A DNA stretch of 63,869 nt, filler included, from Octopus bimaculoides (taxonomy: Eukaryota): the NCBI RefSeq assembly GCF_001194135.2. It is 6 parts of 6 records of this genome, joined end to end, with 100 filler letters (N's around TTAATTAATTAA, not from the genome) between each part and the next. Parts side by side here need not be neighbours in the genome. Positions count along the whole stretch, not along the records: positions 1 to 29,125 come from NC_068990.1; 5 more parts are not named here. The stretch is one strand, 5' to 3'. This document shows positions 1 through 12,994 of this stretch, in pieces. Within the stretch, counting starts at the first letter, position 1. Each line of letters begins with the position of its first letter. The position numbers and the translations under genes are program-made. Under the pieces are notes generated by a model. That model was not told where the DNA came from and did no database searches. It worked only from the letters and a program-made list of their open reading frames with translations.

Positions 1-898
1 TGTCATTAACTCCCTCCTGGGAACATCACCCACGTCCCCCCGGCACTTATATATCACCACCACTCCACCATGCCATATGCCATGTCATTGTTTTCCATTT
101 TAAAGAGGTCATCGACAGTTCTTGGACTATTTTCATTTTATTTATTCATTTATTTTTATTTATATATTTATTTATACGTTTATGTTTTTGAAATATCTTT
201 AACAAACGTCCAGTACTGTGTATGTACTAGTCTGATGACGTTTCTAACCGTATATACATACATACATACATATATACATACATACCTATCTATCTATCTA
301 TTTTTCTATCTGTGTGTGTGAGAGTCTATGTATCTATGCATACACACAGAGATAAACAGATGCATAGGTATGCATGTATGTGTATATATATANNNNNNNN
401 NNNNNNNNNNNNNNNNNNNNNNNNNNNNNNNNNNNNNNNNNNNNNNNNNNNNNNNNNNNNNNNNNNNNNNNNNNNNNNNNNNNNNNNNNNNNNNNNNNNN
501 NNNNNNNNNNNNNNNNNNNNNNNNNNNNNNNNNNNNNNNNNNNNNNNNNNNNNNNNNNNNNNNNNNNNNNNNNNNNNNNNNNNNNNNNNNNNNNNNNNNN
601 NNNNNNNNNNNNNNNNNNNNNNNNNNNNNNNNNNNNNNNNNNNNNNNNNNNNNNNNNNNNNNNNNNNNNNNNNNNNNNNNNNNNNNNNNNNNNNNNNNNN
701 NNNNNNNNNNNNNNNNNNNNNNNNNNNNNNNNNNNNNNNNNNNNNNNNNNNNNNNNNNNNNNNNNNNNNNNNNNNNNNNNNNNNNNNNNNNNNNNNNNNN
801 NNNNNNNNNNNNNNNNNNNNNNNNNNNNNNNNNNNNNNNNNNNNNNNNNNNNNNNNNNNNNNNNNNNNNNNNNNNNNNNNNNNNNNNNNNNNNNNNNN

Positions 899-1127
899 GT
901 TATGAAAAATATTCTTAGAATTTTGTATTAGTAGTATTAGTAGTAGGAAGAGGAGGAGGAGCAGCAGTATTAGTACTTGTTGTTGATGGTAGTGGTGGTG
1001 ATTGTGATTGTGGAAGCTTTAATGGCGTTATCAGTAATGTTTTGGTGTAAACAGTGGTTCTGATACACACGTACGATGTGAGCACAATTCGTATGTGCCT
1101 AGTTGTTTAAGTTTTACATGCATATGT
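899..1127. repeat. 229-bp segment identical to 3020-3248 (copy 1)
   Basis: Runs from gttatgaaaaatattcttag to ttttacatgcatatgt with no difference seen against 3020-3248. This copy starts exactly at a gap edge. Confidence 0.9.
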
Positions 1128-1286
1128 TTGTATTAGCAAGTGTGTAAATGTTCATGTACGCTTCTGTGCCTTTGTGAGCACATTTGCAGAAACACATATA
1201 CGTATGCATATTTATTTACGCGTACATATGTTCATAGATGTGTATATAAATATACACACATATTTTGTACGTTGGTATATACATAC

Positions 1287-1317
<31 letters not shown>

Positions 1318-1330
1318 NNNNNNNNNNATG

Positions 1331-1364
<34 letters not shown>

Positions 1365-2475
1365 TATATGTATGAATATGTGTACATAGTATATACGTAA
1401 ACACACTGAATGAAGAGCATATACGCTTTCTCACATGCATACATACAAACATACCTGCATATACACATACATACTTACATACACACACAGATATATATGT
1501 ATATATATATGTATATATATATATATANNNNNNNNNNNNNNNNNNNNNNNNNNNNNNNNNNNNNNNNNNNNNNNNNNNNNNNNNNNNNNNNNNNNNNNNN
1601 NNNNNNNNNNNNNNNNNNNNNNNNNNNNNNNNNNNNNNNNNNNNNNNNNNNNNNNNNNNNNNNNNNNNNNNNNNNNNNNNNNNNNNNNNNNNNNNNNNNN
1701 NNNNNNNNNNNNNNNNNNNNNNNNNNNNNNNNNNNNNNNNNNNNNNNNNNNNNNNNNNNNNNNNNNNNNNNNNNNNNNNNNNNNNNNNNNNNNNNNNNNN
1801 NNNNNNNNNNNNNNNNNNNNNNNNNNNNNNNNNNNNNNNNNNNNNNNNNNNNNNNNNNNNNNNNNNNNNNNNNNNNNNNNNNNNNNNNNNNNNNNNNNNN
1901 NNNNNNNNNNNNNNNNNNNNNNNNNNNNNNNNNNNNNNNNNNNNNNNNNNNNNNNNNNNNNNNNNNNNNNNNNNNNNNNNNNNNNNNNNNNNNNNNNNNN
2001 NNNNNNNNNNNNNNNNNNNNNNNNNNNNNNNNNNNNNNNNNNNNNNNNNNNNNNNNNNNNNNNNNNNNNNNNNNNNNNNNNNNNNNNNNNNNNNNNNNNN
2101 NNNNNNNNNNNNNNNNNNNNNNNNNNNNNNNNNNNNNNNNNNNNNNNNNNNNNNNNNNNNNNNNNNNNNNNNNNNNNNNNNNNNNNNNNNNNNNNNNNNN
2201 NNNNNNNNNNNNNNNNNNNNNNNNNNNNNNNNNNNNNNNNNNNNNNNNNNNNNNNNNNNNNNNNNNNNNNNNNNNNNNNNNNNNNNNNNNNNNNNNNNNN
2301 NNNNNNNNNNNNNNNNNNNNNNNNNNNNNNNNNNNNNNNNNNNNNNNNNNNNNNNNNNNNNNNNNNNNNNNNNNNNNNNNNNNNNNNNNNNNNNNNNNNN
2401 NNNNNNNNNNNNNNNNNNNNNNNNNNNNNNNNNNNNNNNNNNNNNNNNNNNNNNNNNNNNNNNNNNNNNNNNNNN

Positions 2476-2575
2476 GTACCAGTTACGCACTGGGATCGAT
2501 GTAATCGACTTAATCCCGTTGTCTTTCCTTGTTTGTCCCCTCTATGTTTAGCCCTTTGTGGGCAATAAAGAAATT
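2476..2575 (+). mobile_element. SINE family A, 3' part with tail type 2
   Basis: gtaccagttacgcactgggatcgatgtaatcgactt body followed by ...ccttgtttgtcccctctatgtttagccctttgtgggcaataaagaaat. The same tail occurs at 38411-38475 on the minus strand. Confidence 0.8.
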
Positions 2576-2780
2576 AGAAACGTTGGCAAGCCGGGAAAAA
2601 TGCTTAGCGGCATTTCGTCTGTCTTCACATTCTGAATTCAAATTCCGCCGAGGTAGACTTTACATTTCATCCTTTCGGGGTCGAATAATCAAGTGCCAGT
2701 TGCGTACTGCGGTTGATCTAATCGGCTGGCCCCCTCCCCCAAAATTTCAGGCCTTGTGCCTTGAGAAGAAAAGAATAATT
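2576..2780 (+). mobile_element. tRNA-derived SINE family A, tail type 1
   Basis: B-box-like gaattcaaattccgccgagg, conserved body gactttacatttcatcctttcggggtcga, tail ggccttgtgccttgagaagaaaagaataatt. Shared with more than 10 copies in the window. Confidence 0.85.
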
Positions 2781-2789
2781 AATAGTGGA

Positions 2790-2997
2790 TAAGGCGTGCT
2801 GGCAGAATCGGTAGCACACCAGACAAAATGCAGAGCAGCATTTCATCTCTTCATCTACTGAGTTCAAATCCCGTCGGGGTCGACTTTACATTTCATCCTT
2901 TCGGTATCTATAAAATAAGTACCGCCTGGGAACTGGGATCGACGGAGCCCACATCCCTGAAATTTCTGGCATTGTGCCAATATTTGAAACCAATATT
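2790..2997 (+). mobile_element. SINE family A, diverged
   Basis: Head taaggcgtgctggcagaatcggtagcac, B-box gagttcaaatcc, body gtcgactttacatttcatcctttcgg. Confidence 0.8.
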
Positions 2998-3019
2998 AGT
3001 AGAGGACGTTCGTAGCAAA

Positions 3020-3248
3020 GTTATGAAAAATATTCTTAGAATTTTGTATTAGTAGTATTAGTAGTAGGAAGAGGAGGAGGAGCAGCAGTATTAGTACTTG
3101 TTGTTGATGGTAGTGGTGGTGATTGTGATTGTGGAAGCTTTAATGGCGTTATCAGTAATGTTTTGGTGTAAACAGTGGTTCTGATACACACGTACGATGT
3201 GAGCACAATTCGTATGTGCCTAGTTGTTTAAGTTTTACATGCATATGT
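3020..3248. repeat. 229-bp segment identical to 899-1127 (copy 2)
   Basis: Same sequence as copy 1. This copy ends exactly at a gap edge, so it is probably a contig overlap. Confidence 0.9.
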
Positions 3249-5366
3249 NNNNNNNNNNNNNNNNNNNNNNNNNNNNNNNNNNNNNNNNNNNNNNNNNNNN
3301 NNNNNNNNNNNNNNNNNNNNNNNNNNNNNNNNNNNNNNNNNNNNNNNNNNNNNNNNNNNNNNNNNNNNNNNNNNNNNNNNNNNNNNNNNNNNNNNNNNNN
3401 NNNNNNNNNNNNNNNNNNNNNNNNNNNNNNNNNNNNNNNNNNNNNNNNNNNNNNNNNNNNNNNNNNNNNNNNNNNNNNNNNNNNNNNNNNNNNNNNNNNN
3501 NNNNNNNNNNNNNNNNNNNNNNNNNNNNNNNNNNNNNNNNNNNNNNNNNNNNNNNNNNNNNNNNNNNNNNNNNNNNNNNNNNNNNNNNNNNNNNNNNNNN
3601 NNNNNNNNNNNNNNNNNNNNNNNNNNNNNNNNNNNNNNNNNNNNNNNNNNNNNNNNNNNNNNNNNNNNNNNNNNNNNNNNNNNNNNNNNNNNNNNNNNNN
3701 NNNNNNNNNNNNNNNNNNNNNNNNNNNNNNNNNNNNNNNNNNNNNNNNNNNNNNNNNNNNNNNNNNNNNNNNNNNNNNNNNNNNNNNNNNNNNNNNNNNN
3801 NNCCTGCCCAACCTCCTCCACCCCGATATTGTCCGTGCTGATTTCATTTGTCTGACATCGTGAAACTGGGAAGGTGATGCCGAGAGGGCAGGAGTGAGGT
3901 ACTTAAACATTAGATCGTATCTGACCTAATTATTCCTCTGGAGATGTTACTAGGCAGTCGATGGATACATTATGTGGGGTGTATTTATATATATATATAT
4001 ATATGTATTGTTGGAAAGGTGGTGCTTATCTAGACAATGAGTGACACGGGTAGGGATGTTATTTGGAAGGAATGGGAGGGATGGAGGGCCAGTCTATGGT
4101 GGACAGCAGTTATGGACACACAGTCAGCTATCTGGTGCCATCTTGCAATTTGAGACATTTTTTCCTGCCCAACGACATTTTTTACTATCATTTATATTAT
4201 TTCTTTTTCTAAATTTGATAATTTGTTTTTATATTCATTTTTTTTTCGTTTCCTACGAAATATTGGGTGGACATTACTTTTATTCAAATAATGCTCAGGC
4301 AATGTTTTTTTTGTATGTGTGCTTATGTGTATGGTAGTGTGTACATACATACATACATACACTCATACATGTGTGTACGTATGCATGTATGTATGCATGT
4401 GTGTATGTTGCTGTGTCTTTATATATGCGTATGCATATATTATGAAGATATTTTTCTATGCATGACTCGTGTTCATTGTTGCCCTGTCTTTCTCTCAGCA
4501 GACATATACACACGCGCGCGCACACACCCACAGACGCGCGCACATACACACATATATATACACACACTCCGCACCCCACATACTCACACACACACACACA
4601 TATATATAGCAATATATCAATGTGCTTGATCATATTCAACAAAAGAAAACGTAAAGAATGTTATGTGAAGAAGTACACAAAGGAATATTTGTCCATTGCT
4701 TTATCTATCTGTCTATCTATTTATCTATCTATCTATCTATCTATCTATCTGTCTGTCTGTCTGTCTGTCTGTCTGTATGTATGTCTGTACTTTTGTCTGT
4801 CTGTCTCTCTATCTCAGTCTACCTGTCTATTTCTCTCTATCGCCTTCTCCCCCTCTCTCTCCGAATGCGTNNNNNNNNNNNNNNNNNNNNNNNNNNNNNN
4901 NNNNNNNNNNNNNNNNNNNNNNNNNNNNNNNNNNNNNNNNNNNNNNNNNNNNNNNNNNNNNNNNNNNNNNNNNNNNNNNNNNNNNNNNNNNNNNNNNNNN
5001 NNNNNNNNNNNNNNNNNNNNNNNNNNNNNNNNNNNNNNNNNNNNNNNNNNNNNNNNNNNNNNNNNNNNNNNNNNNNNNNNNNNNNNNNNNNNNNNNNNNN
5101 NNNNNNNNNNNNNNNNNNNNNNNNNNNNNNNNNNNNNNNNNNNNNNNNNNNNNNNNNNNNNNNNNNNNNNNNNNNNNNNNNNNNNNNNNNNNNNNNNNNN
5201 NNNNNNNNNNNNNNNNNNNNNNNNNNNNNNNNNNNNNNNNNNNNNNNNNNNNNNNNNNNNNNNNNNNNNNNNNNNNNNNNNNNNNNNNNNNNNNNNNNNN
5301 NNNNNNNNNNNNNNNNNNNNNNNNNNNNNNNATATATATATATGTATGCACATATGTATATTGTTA

Positions 5367-6282
5367 TATCAAAAAGTTTCCGGACTAGTTCTGTAGCGCG
5401 TCAGCAGATGACGACACTTGGTTGCGTGCGCACTGAGAACGAGCAGTGACCTTCATGAGGCTATGTACCGAGTGGCATTGCTGTGTTTACTTCGCAAGTT
5501 GTGAAATTTTTGTTTTCGTGATCACGTGTATGTTGTAGTCTGCGATTTTGTCATAGACAGGAACAACGAGTCAACGTGAGATTTTGCGTTAAAATTTGGA
5601 AGTCTACTACAGAGACGTTCAGCACGCCTCAGCTAGATTACAGCAACAATGCAATGGGTTGTATGCAATGTTTCGGCAGTCAGATGCGTTTCAAAAGTAG
5701 AAAAACGTCCCTGGAAGACCTGTCACGAGTGCCACTCCTGGAAATGTGGCATTGTACATCGAGAATTCGACCCCCAAGGCCAGACGTTCAATCTAGAGTT
5801 CTTCTGTGACGTTTTGAAGCGTTTGAGGGAGAAAGTTCGGCGAAAGCAACTGTATCCATAGAACACGAAGAATTAGATTCATCAAGACGACAATGCACCT
5901 CGTCACCGAGCTCCCATGTATTTCTTGCCGAAGGCAACATGGCATCGTTTCATCACCTGCTCTATTCAGTTGATTTAGCAACTGCAGATTTCATTTCTCA
6001 CCCGAGAAATGGTGATCTTTGAGCTGCACTTTTAACCGAGATGAAAATGCAGCGTAAAGGTCACCATTTTAACACCGTTATCGAAATCTAAAGCGAATCG
6101 GAGAAGGTCTTCGACTCGCTTATAGAAAACGACTTCCAGGCCGGATTCCAAAAGTGACAGGAACGGTTTGACTAAAGTATTACCGCGCAAGATGACTATT
6201 TCGAAAGTGATGATGTCAAAACCTATGTAGAGGTAATTTTTTTTATTAATGATAACTAGTCCAGGAAACTTTTGTTATCACC
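5367..6282 (+). mobile_element. mariner (Tc1/mariner) transposon, internally deleted and pseudogenised
   Basis: Imperfect TIRs tatcaaaaagtttccggactagt (5367-5389) and actagtccaggaaacttttgttatcacc (6255-6282). Translated remnants RFCVKIWKSTTETF, GIVHREFDPQGQTFNLEFFCDVLKRLREKVRRK, DDNAPRHRA and HFNTVIEI..ENDFQAGFQK match mariner transposase motifs. Confidence 0.9.
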
Positions 6283-6357
6283 TAAATACACGCGCGCGCA
6301 CACACACATACACTCATATATATGTATGTATATCTATATTTATGTATGCATATAAAC

Positions 6358-6362
<5 letters not shown>

Positions 6363-6432
<70 letters not shown>
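6363..6432. repeat. (TA)n microsatellite
   Basis: Pure TA run; representative of dozens in the window. Confidence 0.95.
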
Positions 6433-6442
<10 letters not shown>

Positions 6443-9400
6443 TATAAACATGTATATTGTATATATTTATGTATTTGCATATATCTATCTTCCCCTATGT
6501 ATATATATATATATACATATACATACACATACATATATATATGTATGTATATATGCATGTATGTATGTATATATGTATATACATATGTATGTATGTAGAT
6601 TGTTATATGTGTGTGTGTATGTAATTGACAGATATGGTCGCGCCAAAATACGGGCACTGCCTCTCACTGTACCAAGCAGTATTAAATGATTATATGTGCT
6701 GAGCATAATGACCTTTCGTCTAATCAAATCTGAGGCATAATACAACAAGATACTCGATTATCATTTAATAATGACTGCTACGTTATTTCTACAATCGCAG
6801 AATAGATTTAAACAACTCAGAGTAAAAAAAAAAGAACAATACGTGAAATAGATGTGAAATTACTCTTTTAGCGATGGGTCAATGCTTCTGTTTATAAGCT
6901 TATCGCCCGTCTAACTTCTTTAGTAAGAGGTCAAATAATTGATACAGAAGCAATTGTATGATGCTAGCTTGGAAGTGCAATGTAGTTTTTGCTTTCTTGT
7001 AATATTTTTGAACGACTTCATATTAAAACCGGGTAAACTGAGCAGATAATTGTTTTGCACCTGCCATTTGATATATCAAAGTTAAATTTTCATAGGACTC
7101 AAATCTAGTACAAAAGATTTGAACGGATATGCGTCGAATTTAAAACTTTTCGCCCTTTAAACTTATCTAATGTGTCGTTGAATAACACAATATATTCGAA
7201 AAAATGTCTAACAATAGATTAAGAGACACTTATCTACATAACTGTATACATACGCACACATATATCTCTCTATATATATGTACTTGTGTGTGTATATGTT
7301 TGTGTGTATGTGTACACAAACAGATTGCTACTAACCAAAAGGGGAAAAATACTCTCCAGTGTAGTTAATGCATGTGACATCAAGTACTTGTAATTTTAGA
7401 TGCATTACAATAGAAAAATGAATAAGTAAGAATAAAAAATCACCGTTGATGAATGAATATATTTTACAACGGGATTTCTATTTTTTCTGCCCGGAAGTTC
7501 ATCTGAAGGTCAGTATTCCTGCACTGAAAATTTGAGTAATAGCTAATGGGTTTATCAATTATATATATTAAATATATTAAATAAACTCTGAATGTATGTG
7601 TGTTTGTGAGTATGCAGAAAGGGAGACAGACAGAGACACAGAGAAACAGAAAGAAAGACAGAGATGACAGAGAAAGAAAATGGCATCAATAAAAACTGTA
7701 AGTGAGAGTGGAGGATTGAGAGGCGTTAAAACCTTCAAGCGTGACCGAAAGTCCAATCGTTACCTATAATAAACTCCTACGATAGATATGGATGGTTGCC
7801 ATCAGTCAGAGGTCAACTGTAAAACAACCACGCCTGGAGCTCATCGGATCACTGGATTTAAGCATATTCAAATCTCATTAGTAAATAGAGGGATGTTGAA
7901 TGACGTACTCGTGCTCTTGTCATACTCCCATATGTACACGCGTATGCAAAGGCACATTCACATGTAATCACAATTAATTCAGTAGATACGGCTCTCATGC
8001 CAGTATAATTAACACTTATCAGAAAGGTTACAGATGGAGAAATATCCTGCTGGTGCAGTGTCAGCAGGTACGGCCGAACCCATAGGCAACGCCTTCGGAA
8101 GCCCTTTATCACCTGGCATGTGATCTCAAAATTTCTTCCCTGATTCATGATTAGTGCATAAAAGAATTTCCATAAATAAATGTACTCTACCGTAAATATA
8201 GAGTACAATTTCTCCCTATAAAAGAAAATTTTTGCATTTAAGTAGTTATAGGCGTGTGAATGTCTGTCTGTCTGTCTTTCTGTATGTATGCATGAATGAA
8301 AGCATGTATATATGCATATACGTACGTACGTATGTATGTATGTATGTATGTATGTATGTATGAACGTATGTCGGTATGCATGTGTGTATGTATGTGTTCG
8401 ATTTCTCTTAAGTTTAGAGAAAATTTTGACGGACCACGAAGGAAAATATTTTGTTTTGAACAGTAGCGGCTCGTGTATAGGAACTGCGGAACTGCAGCCC
8501 AACTCGATATTATCGATAACATTCAATATAATGAGTCCTGTTTTCTATAATTCTTTCTTTATACTTGTACATTATATAATACTTAAGCTTAATGTCAGTA
8601 GCCATCCCTAGATTATGAAAAAAAATACAAAAAATCCTTGTATAGAACTGTGCGCTTCACAGTTCCAGCTACACGGTGTTTGGCTGTTGTGCGCATGCTC
8701 ACATGTCCGAGATAGGAAGCTTCACACAAGCGAGAGAGAAAGGGAAAGAGAGAGAGCACTGCGTGGACGACAGTGTCGGGTGAAAGGTAGTGTTTCTTTT
8801 TGACTACGCGTGTGTTGTACTTAAAAACGGGTCTATATTATTGAATGTGATAAAGTGTAGAATTAGATTATTCTCTTACTTACAGCATCTGTGTTGCTGC
8901 CAGGATTTTAAAAAAATAGGGCACATTTCTTATTGTATGATTTAAGGGGAATTCGTGGTGTGTTTAATGAACAAATTAAACACACTACTCGGCAGTGGCT
9001 AAAACGCAAACCGATCAAGTTTATGTGTAAATTTTCTTTTTATATATTTGTTTAATTTTGCACAATATTAAAACAACGGCTAAAACTTTTCCGAAGCAGC
9101 ACCCCAACCAATTTTATGTATGATCCGCCGCTGGTTTTGACCATCATTCTCTAGGTTTTAAGGTTTTTCTGTTTTTACAGCCTTACATATCGTGATCATT
9201 TGTTGCATGTAGCATTCTCTCCCCAAGATCCCATGATCCCATACTTTGCTCCCTACATACATATGTATGTATGTTTGTTCGAATGTCTGTACGTACGCAT
9301 GCATGTATGTTCGTACGTACGTACGCATATAAGTTTGTATGTATGTGTGAATGAATGTCAGTCTGTCTGTATACATGTATGTATGTATCCGTGTATTTAC

Positions 9401-10197
9401 GGAAGCATTTAGTTACATTTTGATATAAATGACCATCAACCAGAACTGAAAACAGCACGAGTACATATTCACCTACGCATTTCACAAAACCTAAATATAT
9501 AAATTCATATATGTGTGTGTGTTTGTGTGTATGCGCGCGCACATATACATCTATAAATGTATTTACAGGCACATTTTATATATATATATACATATATGTG
9601 TCCGTGTGTGTATGTGTGTACCCGCGCATATTCATTCAGATACATACGATTACACATGTGCACACACGGACATACACACATACGTACGACTCATTCTTGT
9701 ACACACTATCCATTGGTTTGTACGTTGGCCTTACTGCTCCGACTAATAAAAAGTAAAGGAAAAGGCTACATCTTTTTTGAACTGGCGACTTTGAAATAAA
9801 TTGACATGCTGACGCTATGTGAACTTCTATCATTGAGGTTGTGATATATTAATTGTAACGCTTTCTATACAAGACCGTAAATTATTTTGTCGTTATCGTT
9901 TTAGAATAAAGGCTGACAAAGAGAGAAATTGTACAAGATAAATAGTCACATTTCACACTGACAGTTTTGTTTGACTGTTTGAATGCACATCCGTTTGATA
10001 TATATGTTTATATATACATATATGTATAGACAGATACACACACACACACATATATGTACACACACACTTATTGGGGCGTATATATAGATATAAACTACAC
10101 ACACACATACACACACACACACACAAACACACACACATACACACACACACATATATATATATATATGGGCGAGGGGTACACGTTTAGGGATAAATAC

Positions 10198-10236
<39 letters not shown>

Positions 10237-10583
10237 TAAATAGACATACATACATACATACATACATACATACATACATACATACATACATACATACATG
10301 CATATATGTATGTATATACACGTGCGTGTTGAGTGAAGAGAAAACCGCAAAAGAATAGTAACACAGGTTTTTGTTACTAACCGATGAACTCTAGACTAAA
10401 ATCCATATATTATTATCTTGTGATTATTCTCTTTCTATACCCTTTTCATTGTGGGCCGCTGACAGAGATAGTATGTATGTGTGAGTGAATATAGGGTGTT
10501 TGTTGGGCTGGCGGTAAGATTGTGGTTTACAAAAATTAAATATTGATATTGCCAGCATTTGTATTCCAAAATGAGAGGGTATT

Positions 10584-10586
<3 letters not shown>

Positions 10587-10667
<81 letters not shown>
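10587..10667. repeat. (CA)n microsatellite
   Basis: Pure CA run. Confidence 0.95.
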
Positions 10668-10669
<2 letters not shown>

Positions 10670-11382
10670 CACACATACACACGCACACACACATAAACAC
10701 ATACACACACAAAATTTGCTGTTGATATAACGTTTCAGAGAAGCAGTAGTATCCACGGTTTTCGTAGGCCTTTCTATACCAAAAATATTGTTGCAATTAA
10801 TGTAATTTCAACTTGTATCTTAGTTAATGAATGCAAGTGAAAGGAACAGGAATGAACAGCGAGGTATTTCCAGAGAGACGACGTGGTGATTTGGACGAGA
10901 TCTGGTTATTGGGCATTAAAGTGTTGATGAGATCAGGGTAGGTGAAGCAGTCGGAATATCTGAGTAAATGTGGTATGAACCAAGTTAACTTTAAATATTT
11001 CTCGATAAATATTTCTTCACCGCGAGATTAAAGCATACAACTATTTTATATTTTAAGTTGCTCAAAAGGGTTTGAATCTCAATGAAACAGACAGTGGATG
11101 TCTAAAAATCGTATCTTAAATGACAGTGGAGACTTAAAAATAAAATATTTGAATAAGTAGTGTCGTCGTTGTTTATTTATTTATACTTTACTAAACTGAA
11201 AACACAAGTTACGAATGAAAGAAAGGAGACAAATCCAAACAAACATTTAAGCTCGTTATATGTACGCTTTGCAAATTTTTATAATAGTTTTATGTTGAAA
11301 AGACGTTAAACGAAATAACTTCAGCGAGGACTGCCTGTATCTTTGGTTGTAGTCTAAGTTGTTCTACGATTAGTATGTGTGT

Positions 11383-11422
<40 letters not shown>

Positions 11423-11821
11423 ACATGTTTTTGTTTTCTGTGAGTACTTCGAAGAGAAAGTAAAGATTTGATGTTTCGCAGCGATTTCTAATTTAATAAT
11501 ATCCATTTAATGCTTGAACAGTTGAACACAGACAGAAACACGAAACTGTTACACACATATATAGTAACACAGATGCCCCAAAACGCACACATGCAGAATC
11601 ATATTAACACATGTTCACATAGAGGTATGTTGGCTACGGAGACACCAAACATTCATACACATTAATTTATACCCACCAACATACACATATCATCACATTT
11701 GCTATGTGCCCCCTTTCGAGGATGTTTAAGTCTTTTTTATGTATGTAACTCTCTCACTTTCATTCACTCCCTACTCCTTCTCTCTCTCTGTCCATATATA
11801 TAATCATACACAAATATACAC

Positions 11822-11947
<126 letters not shown>

Positions 11948-12940
11948 GCGTGTGTGTGTGTGTATAGGAAGTTATGAGAGGTAATGGTGTCAACATCTAT
12001 ACATATATATATAGATATGTGTGTGTATGTGTGTGCGTGTGTGTGATGAAGAGAGAGGCTGAAAGAGAGAAAAAAGAGAGTTCAAGCAAAAATATATAAG
12101 CAAGATATATAAATACATAAGTAAATAGTGTATGCCAAAATTTGAAATCAATATTAATGGAAATTAGATAGAAAGAAATAATCATACAGTCCTCCCTCAG
12201 TCATTCCAAACCATCTTCCAACTAGTCATTCATACATCCATCTATCCCTAACTCTCTCTCTCTCTCTCTCTCTCCCTCCCTAAATCCATCCATCTTTCCA
12301 TCCACCCATCTATACATTCATATATAAATGAATAAAATAAAAGCGGTATAGGCAGATGAACGAATGACCGGATGGAGTAACGGAAGGCTAGATGTGATAA
12401 TTAATACGAGAGACCAATACGAAAGATATAATACTAAATAATATATGCATTAACAAATGGTATTGTCTTTCTTAATAATTGCTATAACAATTCAATGAAA
12501 TGAGAAAAACATTTTGTATTTTTATTTAAATGAGTCTTGGGAAAACTCAATGACAGGATGTTTCTAGGTTTCAACTTTCAGTTCTGTCTTTAGAGAATAA
12601 TTTGTAATTTCATAGAGAAGCTCAAAATGTCAGCCGTTGTAATAAAGTCTTACTGGCTGTCTCTATTTTTATCTTCTATGTCTTTCTCCTTTGCCTTCAT
12701 TACCTCCTTCCACTTTTTTCTCTCTTTTCTTTCCTGTTTTGCTTTTTGGTTTTTCTTTTTTTCTTCTTTTCCCTCTTGCTTTCTTTCCCCTGTTTTCCAT
12801 TTCATTCGTTCTCTTAGACCTTTTGTTCTTACCTATCATTATCAATGTATGCCTAGTTTTTGTTTAAGTTTATCGTACTTTTGTAACATATCTCTGTACT
12901 TCTCTCTTCTTTTCTTTCCACCCTTTTTCCTTCTCTCCCA

Positions 12941-12994
<54 letters not shown>

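Noticed and set aside
3802-3970. Possible PLE pLTR with ctggagatgttactaggcagtcga hammerhead-like words
   Set aside because: Core has A6G, GAAA is absent and no stem I or III is present; too degenerate.
8886-9134. hAT-like end gatccgccgctg and a gttgctgccagg motif
   Set aside because: No matching opposite TIR or TSD could be defined.
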